Assembly: GCA_963723515.1 (NCBI GenBank)
Contig: CAVRQT010000003.1
Span: 672,001 to 736,000 of the forward strand
DNA: 64,000 nucleotides
DNA from: Vulcanimicrobiota bacterium
Lineage (GTDB): Bacteria; Vulcanimicrobiota; Vulcanimicrobiia; Vulcanimicrobiales; Vulcanimicrobiaceae
Direction: 5' to 3'
In this document: in pieces, positions 20,491 through 30,682 of the stretch
Numbering within the stretch: the first letter of the stretch is position 1
Layout of the letters: each line of letters starts with the position of its first letter
Made by a program: the position numbers and the translations under genes
Notes under the pieces: generated by a model
What the model was told of the DNA's origin: nothing
Database searches by the model: none
Seen by the model: only the letters and a program-made list of their open reading frames with translations

Positions 20491-20952
20491 ATGAGTTCAG
20501 AGCGTTTGCAGATGTTCGTCAGAGAGGCTGTTCCAAAGGATTGCAGTGCAATCGTCTCCCTGGCCAAGCAGCTTGGTTACGAAGTCGCTGTTGAAAGGAT
20601 CGAGCAAACACTGCTCGAGCGAGCAGCAGATAACGACGTCTTCGTCGCGGTGATTTCCGATGCGGGCGTCATCGGCTGGATTCAAGTCACCGTTCGCAAT
20701 GCATTGCTTGGCGCGGATGTCGCCGAGATTGAAGGCCTGGTCGTTGAAGAGCGATATCGCTCGCGCGGCGTCGGTCCGCTGCTCCTGCAGCGAGCACGCG
20801 AGTGGGCCGCTTTAAATGGATGCGCGGTGCTTCGTGTGCGTTCGAACGTGATGCGTGACCGCGCGCACGGATTTTACAATCGCCTCGGCTTCAGGCGCAT
20901 TAAAACACAACACGTCTTTGAAGAACGGTTGTCAAAAGGACAAGTTTCTTAG
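20491..20952 (+). CDS. GNAT acetyltransferase
   Basis: LVVEERYRSRGVGPLL and AHGFYNRLGF motifs. Confidence 0.85.
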   Translation: MSSERLQMFVREAVPKDCSAIVSLAKQLGYEVAVERIEQTLLERAADNDVFVAVISDAGVIGWIQVTVRNALLGADVAEIEGLVVEERYRSRGVGPLLLQRAREWAALNGCAVLRVRSNVMRDRAHGFYNRLGFRRIKTQHVFEERLSKGQVS

Positions 20953-20955
20953 GCA

Positions 20956-21027
20956 CTGGGGCGGCTGGATTCGAACCAACGCATGCCAGATTCAAAGTCT
21001 GGTGCCTTACCGCTTGGCTACGCCCCA
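20956..21027 (-). tRNA. tRNA-Gln(UUG), CCA not encoded
   Basis: TGGGGCGTAGCCAAGCGGTAAGGCA-CCAGA CT TTG AA TCTGG-...GTTCGAATCC...GCCCCAG cloverleaf. Confidence 0.96.
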
Positions 21028-21134
21028 GCCGGCAATCGCGTCAGGCGTTTTGAAAAGGCGTCGGCGGGCGCCTGACGCCTGGCGCTCCGGTTGATTCTAT
21101 CACGATGGAATAGAACCAACCTGCGCCGTTTACG

Positions 21135-21792
21135 CTACCCTTTATGCGCGACGCGTTTTGCGCCGAGGTATCGCGCCGCCCAATAGCTTTCGCCCAGGCT
21201 GCTGACCATGACCCCGCGGCTTGAACTGGCATGGACGAAGCGTCCGCCGCCGAGATAGATCCCGACGTGTGATGGCCCCGCTTCGTAGGTTTGGAAGAAG
21301 ACGAGATCTCCGATGAGCGGTTGACCGCTCACGCGCCGTCCCGCGTAGAATTGCGCGTCGGCAGTCCGAGGCAGGTAGATTCCGGCCATTGCGAAGACGT
21401 GCTGCACGTAACCGGAGCAATCAAACCCATAGCCGGAGGTGCCGCCGAAAACGTACGGCGTACCGATAAATCGTAATGCGTCGCGGGTGAGTGCGCGGGC
21501 GATGGTCGACGCACGGCGCACGACCCGAACGGCAAGGCGCGTGAGGGTGCGCGGCGCCGATGCGGCCGCGGCGGTAGCATGCTCGTACGCCGGTTGGGTC
21601 TCAACGATGGCAGGCAGCGCTTCAGCGCTGGTGGCGGAGGCCGCAATGTCCGAATTGTCCGAGGCCGACACGCTATCCCGAATGGAATTTGCGACCGGTG
21701 GAACGCGGTGCGTGCCTTCATCGGCGAGCGCAAAGCCGGCGGTAGTGAGACAGTAAAACCAAAAATAGCCCGGCTGCGAATAGAATACGCAA
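21135..21792 (-). CDS. NlpC/P60 (C40) peptidoglycan hydrolase (probable frameshift in the signal-peptide region)
   Basis: IGTPYVFGG, FDCSG, LPRTA, HVGIY, FVHASSS; SD GAGGAG then TTG at 21792 (MRILFAAGLF...) one base out of frame with the body. Confidence 0.88.
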
Positions 21793-21810
21793 AAGAAGCT
21801 CCTCTTCCAA

Positions 21811-21935
21811 ACTACTTGCGGGGTTAGTTGACGGGTTCGGACGAGAAAGACTTGCCCTAGGGCCGACCGGCCCACTCACCCCTACCGGAGGAGTTCCCCC
21901 GCTCCACGTGCCCTAGGCACGCGGATTCAGTGACT
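21811..21935 (-). promoter_or_regulatory. c-di-AMP (ydaO/yuaA) riboswitch
   Basis: Minus strand reads CACTGAATCC...GGAGCGGGGAAC...GGGGTGAG...TAGGG...CCGAACCCGTCAACTAACCCCGCAAG, matching the conserved ydaO segments; directly 5' of the NlpC/P60 SD. Confidence 0.88.
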
Positions 21936-22006
21936 AGCTAAGCCGCCCGGGTTTACCGCGCAGGCGGCATCTCCTTCCCTTCGCTGGCATACGATGTGCG
22001 ATTTTC

Positions 22007-23372
22007 TTATACCGGTCGAACGCGAGTCGAGGCCCGCGCGATTTTCGTCGCTAGCTCGTTAGCCAACGCGATCGATCTGTGCTTTATCTTTGCCTTCGAC
22101 CATGATGCGAATCAGCGGCTCGGTTCCCGACGGCCTCACCAGGATGCGACCGGTGGCTCCAAGCTGCTGCTCCGCGACGCCGATCGCCTCACGTACATCG
22201 GCATCGTCAAGCGCCTCCCTGTTTGACGCCCGTACATTGACGAGGATCTGGGGATACGAACGCATGTTCGCGGCGGCTTCATGCAGCGTCGAGTTGCTGG
22301 CGGTCAGCAAACTGAGCAGCGTGACGGTCGTCATCGGCCCATCGCCCGTCGTGTTGCGGCGCAAATCGATGATGTGACCCGATTGCTCGCCGCCCAGAAC
22401 GTAGGCTCCGGCCCGCATCGCCTCGAGGACGTAGCGATCCCCGACCGGCGCCCGCAAGAGCGTGATCGCGCTGCCTTGAGCGCCTCCTCGAGCCCTAAGT
22501 TGCTCATGACCGTGCCGACAACCGAATCACCCGTTAATTCACCGTTGTGATGCAACGCTTGCGCCAAAATCAAAAGGACGTGGTCGCCGTTCAGCAGAGT
22601 GCCGCGCTCGTCGACGAACTGCGCGCGATCGGCATCTCCATCGTAGGCGACGCCGATGACGTGCTCTTCGCCGCGGTCGATCAGTTCGCGTACGCGCTGC
22701 GCGAGCGGTTGCAAATCGGTCGCTCCGCAAGCGACGTTGATGCGTGCTCCATCGGCATCACAATTCAGCTCGTGGACCGTCGCGCCGAGTTTGCGCAACA
22801 CGTAGGGTGCGATTGCATATGCCGCGCCAAACGCGGCATCGACGACGACCGTCAAGCCGCTCAAATCTCCTGCGTGCTCGTACAAGGCGTCGTAATAATG
22901 CGCGCCGAGATTGAGCGCGATACGCGCAACGCCGACATCGGTACCGGTCGGCCGCGCGGCACCCTCATCGCGATCGAGCGCATCTTCGATCACCTGCTCC
23001 ATCTCATCCGATAGCTTGAAGCCGTCGGCGCTGAAAAACTTGATCCCGTTATCGGCGATCGGATTGTGGGAGGCGCTGATCATGCAGCCGGCTGCTCCGC
23101 CGGTCCGCCGCGTGACGATCGCGACGGCCGCCGTCGGGCAAAATTCCCACAGAAACCACATCGCGTCCGGCTGACGTGATGCCTGCGACGAGAGCCGCCT
23201 CCAGCATCGTACCGGAAATCCGCGTATCGCGTCCGACGACGAACGGCGCTTTGGCACCCGCATTTGGAACGAGAATTCGGGCCGCCGCTCGCCCCAGCCG
23301 AAAGGCAAGCTCGGGACTGAGTTGCGTGTTTGCAATTCCCCGTACGCCGTCGGTGCCGAAGAGGCGGCTCAT
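22007..23372 (-). CDS. glmM: Phosphoglucosamine mutase (about three frameshifts: ~23150, ~22470, ~22065)
   Basis: [46 protein letters not shown] spread across frames. Confidence 0.92.
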
Positions 23373-24025
23373 CGCTCAGCTGGTGTGAAGTGTGCGCGCA
23401 CTCGCACTAAGTTTGGCGAGACTTGCACGCCGCTCACTTCCGTGCCGAGCGAATCGACGGCGATCGGCCGTACCATTGCATCGAACAGTCCGGCGGCGTT
23501 CGGCAATGGAACGTCGGCGCGAATCGCGGCAACGCGCGAGACTTCATCCGATGCTCCCCTAGCAACGGCTTGAACCGGCAAAATCTTGGCATCGCTTGCG
23601 ACGACCGCGTGTCGCGTGCCCGAGTAGTAAATAGCGACGGGGAACGTCTTCTGCGCCATCCGTTCTATTGCGAGCGTGACCGATGCGGGACTCAAGGAAC
23701 CAATGACGACGCTCGGCGCGACGAGGCGGATCGGGACGTTGTACACGCCGGCGCCTAAACCGTTCAAATCGAGCACCGCTTTAACGTCGTCGGGGCGAAC
23801 CGCGCTTCCGCCGCGCTTGGGCGGCGCGACCGTTACGACGGCCTGCTTTTCAGTGAAACTCGCGATGTACCCTAATCCCAAATGCGTCGTCGTGATTGGT
23901 ATGCTCAATTGCTCCGAGCGGGCTGCGATGACGGGGCTATTTGCAAACCGAAAGTATGCCCAGCCGGCCAGCGCCAGCACCAGCGACACCGCCTTAAGCA
24001 AGAAGTTGTTTTTAAAGATCTGCAA
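23369..24025 (-). CDS. cdaR: CdaR/YbbR-like regulator of diadenylate cyclase
   Basis: [19 protein letters not shown]-terminal TM, YbbR-like beta domains, position between cdaA and glmM. Confidence 0.8.
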   Translation of the reverse strand: MQIFKNNFLLKAVSLVLALAGWAYFRFANSPVIAARSEQLSIPITTTHLGLGYIASFTEKQAVVTVAPPKRGGSAVRPDDVKAVLDLNGLGAGVYNVPIRLVAPSVVIGSLSPASVTLAIERMAQKTFPVAIYYSGTRHAVVASDAKILPVQAVARGASDEVSRVAAIRADVPLPNAAGLFDAMVRPIAVDSLGTEVSGVQVSPNLVRVRAHFTPAER

Positions 24026-24878
24026 CGCGCTGTTTTTCCGCCGGACGGCGTGCAAAGATCGCGCGGATTTGCGCAATGACGTCTTCGCGTACTTTGGTGC
24101 GCGGGGCGCGAATGCAGGCTAAGAGCAGACGGTCAAGGCGCGCTTCATCGCCGATGTCGCGGGAAAGGCGGCCTTCACGCGCAACGGCAACGTGTCCGGT
24201 CTCCTCCGAAATCACGATCACGACGGCATCGGCTTGTTCGGTCAAACCGAGGGCCGCGCGGTGACGTGTACCGAGACGAGGCTCAGCCAGCGATTGCTCC
24301 GCCAGCGGCAAGAAGCAGCCGGCGGCAACGATCGTTTGATCGCGTATCAGGACTGCGCCATCGTGCAACGGCGATCTCGGTGCAAACAGCGCGAGCAGAA
24401 GCTCTCCCGACAGTTCACCGCCGATCGCCGTCCCGCTCTCGATGATATCTTGCAGTCCGCTGGATTGTTCGATGACAATCAATGCACCGTAGCGGTTACG
24501 CGCCAACACGAAGGCGGTCTTTGAAATCGTGGCAATGACGCGATTTTCTCCGCGCAGCGTGCGGCTCTCGGAGCGATCGAACCGGAAGAGTCCGCCACGA
24601 CCGAGGCGCTCGAGTAGCCGGCGCAGCTCGGGCTGAAAGACGATCGGCAAGCTGACGGCCGCCCCGAGCACGATTAATTGCAGAATCGTGCCGAGCAACA
24701 AGAGGTGCGCCATATTCGCGAGCCCGAGCAGCAGCACCAGGAAGAGAACGCCGCCGAGGATTTGCACGGCGCGCGTGCCGCGAATCAACAGCAACACGTA
24801 ATAGATCAAAATGCTCGTCGCAACGATGTCGATAATATCGTTAATGCCGATGTACTGGCCGATTTCAGTGATCGGCAT
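24012..24878 (-). CDS. cdaA: Diadenylate cyclase CdaA
   Basis: Three TM helices, FQPELRR, SPLHDGAV and GTRHRAALG DAC motifs. Confidence 0.96.
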   Translation of the reverse strand: MPITEIGQYIGINDIIDIVATSILIYYVLLLIRGTRAVQILGGVLFLVLLLGLANMAHLLLLGTILQLIVLGAAVSLPIVFQPELRRLLERLGRGGLFRFDRSESRTLRGENRVIATISKTAFVLARNRYGALIVIEQSSGLQDIIESGTAIGGELSGELLLALFAPRSPLHDGAVLIRDQTIVAAGCFLPLAEQSLAEPRLGTRHRAALGLTEQADAVVIVISEETGHVAVAREGRLSRDIGDEARLDRLLLACIRAPRTKVREDVIAQIRAIFARRPAEKQRVADL

Positions 24879-25413
24879 CGCCGAGCAAGGCCTCCAGGAC
24901 GCGCGATTCGTTCAATTCAGGCTCTTGTAAGCCGTCGGCGGCAATCTGCGCCTCGCTCTCCGAGGTGATCGGCGAGAGCAGGGCGGTGCGGTGTACCGTC
25001 GACCCGTAGCGGCCCAATTCCACGTCAATGAGCGCACGCACGAGCCGCCACGATGTCTGTGCCGGCAAAAATTCGATGACCAAATCGCGCTCGATTACTT
25101 CCGCCGACAAGACGCCTTTCGGCGCTCCATTGCCGGTCAGCGCCGGAACGAGAGAGCGCAAACCTTCCGGTACCTCCGGCTCGATCGAGAGCGCGAGGAT
25201 TGGCTCGGCAAAACGCCTTGTGTTTCCGTATGCGGAAAGGAATTCGTCGGCAGCGTCATCGCGCACCGCGGTCAGCAGTGCATACGAACGTGCGAAGCGT
25301 TCGCTGCGCCGAAGCTGCAATTCCCAGCCGGCGTCGCGCGCATCCGCTGCTAGCGAGGATGCGTCGGTTGGGGAAAGCATGCGATCGAATCGCAGCGAGA
25401 GATAGGTTTTCAT
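24865..25413 (-). CDS. Hypothetical protein
   Basis: SD GGAGG, ATG at 25413, overlaps the cdaA start. Confidence 0.65.
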   Translation of the reverse strand: MKTYLSLRFDRMLSPTDASSLAADARDAGWELQLRRSERFARSYALLTAVRDDAADEFLSAYGNTRRFAEPILALSIEPEVPEGLRSLVPALTGNGAPKGVLSAEVIERDLVIEFLPAQTSWRLVRALIDVELGRYGSTVHRTALLSPITSESEAQIAADGLQEPELNESRVLEALLGDADH

Positions 25414-25509
25414 CGCCTCCTGCATCGTTAGCCGCTTGCATGGGGCTTTCATCCGGGCACACCGTCGAACCGGTAGACCCCGCCTTACCCATATGGTACA
25501 ATGCGCCCC

Positions 25510-25846
25510 GTGCCAAATATCAAAGCCGCCATCAAATCGGTCCGCCAGACGGAAAAGCGACGGCAACGCAACCTCAGCGCGAAGACGCGCTTGAAGACGC
25601 TTCACAAGAAGGCGCTGCAAGTACGCCGACGCAGCGTTTAGCCGCACCGTCGAATCGGAGTTCGACAAAGCCGCCGCAAAAGGCGTGATTCATCCGAACA
25701 AAGCGGCACGACGCAAAGCGCGTCTGGCGAAGGCCCTGCGTACGATCGCCGCGGCCCCTGCGCACAAAGAAACGAAGCGCGCCGGCCGCAAGAAGACGGC
25801 GACGCGCAAGTCCACACCGCGCGCGGCCGCTAAGAAACGAAGCTAA
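25510..25846 (+). CDS. rpsT: 30S ribosomal protein S20 (frameshift near 25620, basic C-terminal tail)
   Basis: GTG start: MPNIKAAIKSVRQTEKRRQRNLSAKTRLKT, then in the shifted frame FDKAAAKGVIHPNKAARRKARL; absent from the ORF track. Confidence 0.92.
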
Positions 25847-27501
25847 GCGACTAAGACGTAATCGCCCGGCGCGGCCTCTTGCGGCGGGTGCTCGGCTGAA
25901 CCAAGTTTAGGAGCCGAAACCTTAGCGCCGCTGCGCTCCCTGAGCCACGCGAACCAATCGGGCCACCACGATCCTTCATGCTTAGTCGCCGATGCAAGCC
26001 ATGCGTCGGGATCGGGCGGACAATCGGAAGCTCCCCACCACGAGCCCTTGCCTTTCCGCGGCGGATTGATGATGCCGGCGATATGGCCCGAAGCACCTAG
26101 CCGAAAGGCCGGCTGCCCGGCAACCAGCTGCGTGAGCTTATACACGGACTTCCACGGCGCGATGTGATCTTCGATCGTCGCCACACAGTAGACGTCGTTT
26201 TCGATTTCGCGCAAGTCGAGCGGCGTGCCGTCGATTTCGAGCGCGTTAGCGTGCACCAGGTTGTTCTCCATATACATGTTGCGCAAGTAGTACGAGTGCA
26301 TCGCGGCCGGCATGCGAGTCGAGTCGCTGTTCCAGTAAAGCAAGTCGAAGGCCGGCGCTTCTTTGCCGAGCAGATAGCGATTGACCGCAACGGACCAAAT
26401 CAAATCGTTGCTGCGCAGCATGTTGAAACTGTCGCTCATCTCTCGCGCATCGAGGTAGCCGCGTTCATCCATCTTCTTCTCGATATGTGCGAGCGCGTCT
26501 TCACCGAGAAACGCCTCAATCTCGCCCGCGTCCTCAAAATCGATCAACGAAGCAAGGAATGTCGCAGTGCCGATCGTGCGCTCACCGCGTTTCGCGAGAT
26601 AGGCTAGGAGCATTGCCAAGAGTGTCCCGCCGATACAGTAGCCGACGGCATTGCACAGGTCGGCGCCGGCGATCTGGGCGCTGATGCGAGCGCATTCGAG
26701 CGGCCCGCGCACGAGATAGTCCCGCATCGTCAGGTCGCGCATCGACGCATCCGGATTACGCCAAGAGATGACAAACGTCGTAAATCCTTGATCGACGAGC
26801 GCTTTGATCAAACTATTCTCGGGTTGCAAATCGAGGACGTAGTATTTGTTGATCCACGGCGGCACGATGATGACCGGCGTTTGATGGACCTTCTTCGTTG
26901 AGGGTGCGTATTGGATCAGCTCGCAGAGATCGTTGCGATGCACGACACGGCCGGGCGTCACAGCGACATTCTTACCGACGCGGAACGCCTTCTTGTTGAC
27001 GAGGGCCGGACGGCCGGCGTTCTCGCGGATGTCTTCGATCAGGTTTTCCATTCCTTTGGCCAGGTTTTGACCGCCGGTTCGGAGCGTCTCCTCAATGACG
27101 AGGGGGTTGAAAAATGCGAAGTTGCTCGGGCTCATCGCATCGGCGAACTGCTTGGCAAAGAACTTCGCACGCCGGATCGATTTCGGATCGGCGCCCGGCG
27201 TATTTTCGATGCTTGCCAGCACGGCGTCGGTCGCGAGCAAGTAGGCATCTTTGAGCGCGCGCAGTCCCGGATTCTCTTCCCATGCCGGATGCGCGAAGCG
27301 TTTATCGGCCGGCTTTCTTTCCGCAACAGCTTCATCTTGCGCCTCGGCGGTGCCGCTTAGCATGTTGAGCCAGCCGCGCGCAAGTTGCTGCTGCGAACGA
27401 AAGAGATGTTCGGGATCGGAAAGCATCGCTTGCCAGACAGCAGCCCCGGCCTGTCCGATTCCTAGCGGATCGAAGAGATTCGTAAAGGTTTCTTTGGTCA
27501 T
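25843..27501 (-). CDS. phaC: Poly(3-hydroxyalkanoate) synthase, class I/II type
   Basis: PPWINKYYVLDL, lipase-like box GYCIGG, DHIAPW, SGHIAGIINPP, GSWWPDW. Confidence 0.95.
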   Translation of the reverse strand: MTKETFTNLFDPLGIGQAGAAVWQAMLSDPEHLFRSQQQLARGWLNMLSGTAEAQDEAVAERKPADKRFAHPAWEENPGLRALKDAYLLATDAVLASIENTPGADPKSIRRAKFFAKQFADAMSPSNFAFFNPLVIEETLRTGGQNLAKGMENLIEDIRENAGRPALVNKKAFRVGKNVAVTPGRVVHRNDLCELIQYAPSTKKVHQTPVIIVPPWINKYYVLDLQPENSLIKALVDQGFTTFVISWRNPDASMRDLTMRDYLVRGPLECARISAQIAGADLCNAVGYCIGGTLLAMLLAYLAKRGERTIGTATFLASLIDFEDAGEIEAFLGEDALAHIEKKMDERGYLDAREMSDSFNMLRSNDLIWSVAVNRYLLGKEAPAFDLLYWNSDSTRMPAAMHSYYLRNMYMENNLVHANALEIDGTPLDLREIENDVYCVATIEDHIAPWKSVYKLTQLVAGQPAFRLGASGHIAGIINPPRKGKGSWWGASDCPPDPDAWLASATKHEGSWWPDWFAWLRERSGAKVSAPKLGSAEHPPQEAAPGDYVLVA

Positions 27502-27562
27502 CGTTTACCGCATGCGGCGCACCCCCAATTAGGGCGCGGCCAGTATCGTACCTTCCATCGGT

Positions 27563-29974
27563 TTACGGATCGACGTCGATCGTCGTGCGCGTCGTCCGGT
27601 CGCGGTGAGCGCGCGGCAATATTGCGTCGCGCAGATAGCGGCGCAGCGCGGGCGCTTGGTGTGTCTTCAGAGCGATTCGGTAACGCCACTCGTCATTGAG
27701 CCGCGCGATCGGAAAGGGCGCCGGTCCTAAGATTTCAGCGTTCCCATCAGCGCGCAGGAGCGAGGCATATGTATCGGCGCGCTCCACGACAGCCTCGCGG
27801 TTCTTGCCGATCACTCCGACGTAGATCAGCCGCACGTACGGCGGCCACTGGGCGGCTCTTCGTTCTTCAAGTTCGCGTTTTGCGAAAGTGTCATAATCGT
27901 GCTGCGCAGCCAGACGGATCGCGGGATGTTCCGGTACGTACGTCTGAATGATCGCTTCGCCGGGCTGCGCTCGACCGCTGCGTCCGCATAATTGCGCGAG
28001 CAGCGCAAAGGTTTGCTCCGCTCCGCGAAAATCACTTCCGTAAAGACCAAGTTCGGCTAAAACGACCGCCGCGAGCGTCACTTGCGGAAAGTCGAGCCCC
28101 TTGGCCACCATCTGAGTGCCGACGAGCACGTCGGCGTCGCCGTCGAACTCGTCCAGAAGGCGCGCATGGTCGCCAACGTGCGTCGTCGTGTCGCTGTCCA
28201 TCCGAACGACGCGCGCACCGCTGAACAGGCGCTGCACCTCCGAAGCGACCTTCTCCGTGCCGATTCCGAAGTCGCGCGTTGTCGCCGCAGCACACTGCGG
28301 ACACCGCTCGAAGAGCATTTCTTGCGCATCGCAGTAGTGGCAGCGCAATAGACTTTCGCTGCGATGCACCGTCAATGCGACCGCGCACCGTTTGCAGCTG
28401 GGCACGAAGCCGCAGTTGCGGCATAACAAGAAGCGCGCCGTTCCGCGACGGTTGATCAGCAAAACGCATTTCTCGCGCCGGTCGAGCCGTGCACCGAGCG
28501 CCTCGATCAACGGAGAACTAAGAACCGTTCGACTGCCTCCCTCCGCTTCTGCCGCCATATCGACGATGCGAACGGTGGGCAACGGCTGTGCACTGGGGCG
28601 TCCGTGCAGGCGCAGATACGTTAAGCGTCCCGCTTGAGCGGCCGCATACGATTCAACCGACGGCGTGGCGCTCCCCAGAACGAGGACCCCGTTTTCAAGT
28701 TGCATTCGCTTGCGGGCGACCGTGACCGCGTCGTAGCGCGGAACGTTCTCTTGCTTGTATGCGCTTTCGTGTGCTTCATCAACGATCAGGATTCGTACGT
28801 TTCCCAGCGGCGCAAAGACAGCGCTTCGGGCGCCTACGACGACGTCGATATCACCACGCGCCGCAGCTTGCCAAGCGTCGTACCGTTCGCGCTCCGAGAG
28901 CGCGGAATGAAAGACGGCCACGCGGCCGCCGAAGGCATCGCGAAAGCGACGCGCGGTTTGCGGGGTTAACGATATCTCCGGAACGAGAACGATTGCGCGG
29001 CCGCCGGCCGCGATCACCTTTTCGATGGCGCGAATGTAGATCAGCGTCTTGCCGCTTCCAGCAACGCCGTGCAAGAGAATTTGACTGAACCGTCGTTCCT
29101 GCGCGCGCGCCTGAATCTCGGCGACCGCATCGGCTTGCTCCGATGTCAGCGTAAAGGCGTCGATCGCGGCGTCACGTTGGAAAATGTTGTTCTTCGGCGC
29201 GCGTTCGACTTGGCGCAACGCGCCCGCCTTGACGGCTCGCGCGATTAGTGCGCGTGAATACCCAGCCAAGAGTGCGTCGGCTCTCCAAACGCCGCCTTGA
29301 TCGGCGACGAACTGAACGAGCTTGGCGGCGCGGGGCCCGCGAACCACCCGGTCGCTCGCATGCAGCCAGGCTTCCGTGTACGCGTGCATGCGTGGATCGA
29401 GGAATGTCCGTCTGCGGGTCAACGCTCCGCCCCCTTCGAGCACTTGCACGTATCGCAGCAGCGAGCGACGGTCGCCGCATCGGCGTGCTTCAGGGTGTCT
29501 GAGCAAAGCGCCGAGCGTAAAGCGGTCCGGGAGTTCACTCCAAATCAGCTTGATGAGCCGCGGCGGTATGCTTGCGTATCGCTCCTGCGTAGGGGCCGTG
29601 CGTTCGCGCTCGAGCTCGTCGACATTGCGCGGAATCGCAGAGCTCAATACGACCGCGCACAGCGCTTCGCCGAGCGTACAGACATAATACTCCGAGATGA
29701 ACTTCGCAAGCGCCAGCCCGGTACGATCAAAAGCCGGCGGCACGGCGGTCTTCTCAATGATGGGGCGCAACGGGCGTTCGTCAAGACGCTCGTGCGGCAC
29801 CGAGATGACGAAGGCAAACGTTTGACGTTTCCCGAGTGGCACGCGAACGACGTCGCCGATGCGGATCTCGTCTTCGGTGCACGCATACGTGAGCGGCAGA
29901 TCGAACCGCGACGATCGAAGTATCGGGAGCGCCTCGACGGCGCGCCGGCTTACGGTTTGCGTTTCGGCGCGCAG
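27563..29974 (-). CDS. priA: Primosomal protein N' (start uncertain)
   Basis: GVAGSGKT, VDEAHE, CxxC zinc motifs, GTQMVAKGLDF; frame continues upstream of 29842 with FDLPLTY...GDVVRVPLG. Confidence 0.95.
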   Translation of the reverse strand: MRAETQTVSRRAVEALPILRSSRFDLPLTYACTEDEIRIGDVVRVPLGKRQTFAFVISVPHERLDERPLRPIIEKTAVPPAFDRTGLALAKFISEYYVCTLGEALCAVVLSSAIPRNVDELERERTAPTQERYASIPPRLIKLIWSELPDRFTLGALLRHPEARRCGDRRSLLRYVQVLEGGGALTRRRTFLDPRMHAYTEAWLHASDRVVRGPRAAKLVQFVADQGGVWRADALLAGYSRALIARAVKAGALRQVERAPKNNIFQRDAAIDAFTLTSEQADAVAEIQARAQERRFSQILLHGVAGSGKTLIYIRAIEKVIAAGGRAIVLVPEISLTPQTARRFRDAFGGRVAVFHSALSERERYDAWQAAARGDIDVVVGARSAVFAPLGNVRILIVDEAHESAYKQENVPRYDAVTVARKRMQLENGVLVLGSATPSVESYAAAQAGRLTYLRLHGRPSAQPLPTVRIVDMAAEAEGGSRTVLSSPLIEALGARLDRREKCVLLINRRGTARFLLCRNCGFVPSCKRCAVALTVHRSESLLRCHYCDAQEMLFERCPQCAAATTRDFGIGTEKVASEVQRLFSGARVVRMDSDTTTHVGDHARLLDEFDGDADVLVGTQMVAKGLDFPQVTLAAVVLAELGLYGSDFRGAEQTFALLAQLCGRSGRAQPGEAIIQTYVPEHPAIRLAAQHDYDTFAKRELEERRAAQWPPYVRLIYVGVIGKNREAVVERADTYASLLRADGNAEILGPAPFPIARLNDEWRYRIALKTHQAPALRRYLRDAILPRAHRDRTTRTTIDVDP

Positions 29975-30660
29975 GTCTTCACGACTTCGCGAACCTGCTG
30001 CGTCGTTTGTGCCTCAGTCTGGGCAAGCTGCCCGCGCAGCGTCTGAACGTCTTCAAAGACGTTCGTCGTCAGCGCCCCGATGTCGCTTAGTGCCATCGAG
30101 GGATGGGCGGCCTTTGCGGCTTGCAGCTGTTGGGCCTGGACGCTTTCGGTAGGTCCTGAGGCTGCAACCATCTTGCGTTCCGTTTCATCGCCGCTATAGA
30201 GCAGACTCATGTCGGCGGTATCGGCATAGCCGTTGAGTTGGTCGGCAACCGCATTCTGTTGTGCGACGACCGTGTCCAGGGAATCGGCAACGTTCGAAAA
30301 ATGGTGTGATTCTTCCGGGTTGGCGCTTGCGGCGGCAAGAACGTGCAGCTTCATCAGCTCCTTCTTCGCGTCGTCCAAGTTTTTGAAGATCTGAAGCCCC
30401 AGCTGACGCGTTCGGTTGACGGCGAAGCGCGTGGTCGCTTCGTTGGCCGAATCGACATTGGCAAGGCCGACGACTGCTTTCGAAATCGTGCCGTCGTTAC
30501 GAATGAGCATCGGCAGAACGCGCAAGAGAGTCCGCTGGCCGTCGCTGCAGTGGCCGCGCGAATAAACGTTGCCGATCAACGGCGGAAGCGTCGGCTGCGG
30601 TGTTGGAATCGCTATTGCCGACGCTGTGATGACCGGAAGGAGAAACCCAAACATACTCAC
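29950..30660 (-). CDS. Hypothetical secreted helical protein
   Basis: Signal-like N-terminus, Pro-rich linker, helical body. Confidence 0.65.
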   Translation of the reverse strand: MSMFGFLLPVITASAIAIPTPQPTLPPLIGNVYSRGHCSDGQRTLLRVLPMLIRNDGTISKAVVGLANVDSANEATTRFAVNRTRQLGLQIFKNLDDAKKELMKLHVLAAASANPEESHHFSNVADSLDTVVAQQNAVADQLNGYADTADMSLLYSGDETERKMVAASGPTESVQAQQLQAAKAAHPSMALSDIGALTTNVFEDVQTLRGQLAQTEAQTTQQVREVVKTCAPKRKP

Positions 30661-30682
30661 CTGTTATAACATAACCTCTGCC

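Noticed and set aside
20956..21027. tRNA-Gln as an integration site for an island
   Set aside because: No duplicated tRNA 3' end and no adjacent phage-type integrase were seen in the window
22007..23372. glmM (and rpsT, sdhA, pckA) as true pseudogenes or programmed frameshifts
   Set aside because: All catalytic motifs are conserved, the genes are core housekeeping functions, and no consistent slippery site or stimulator is seen; sequencing error is more parsimonious
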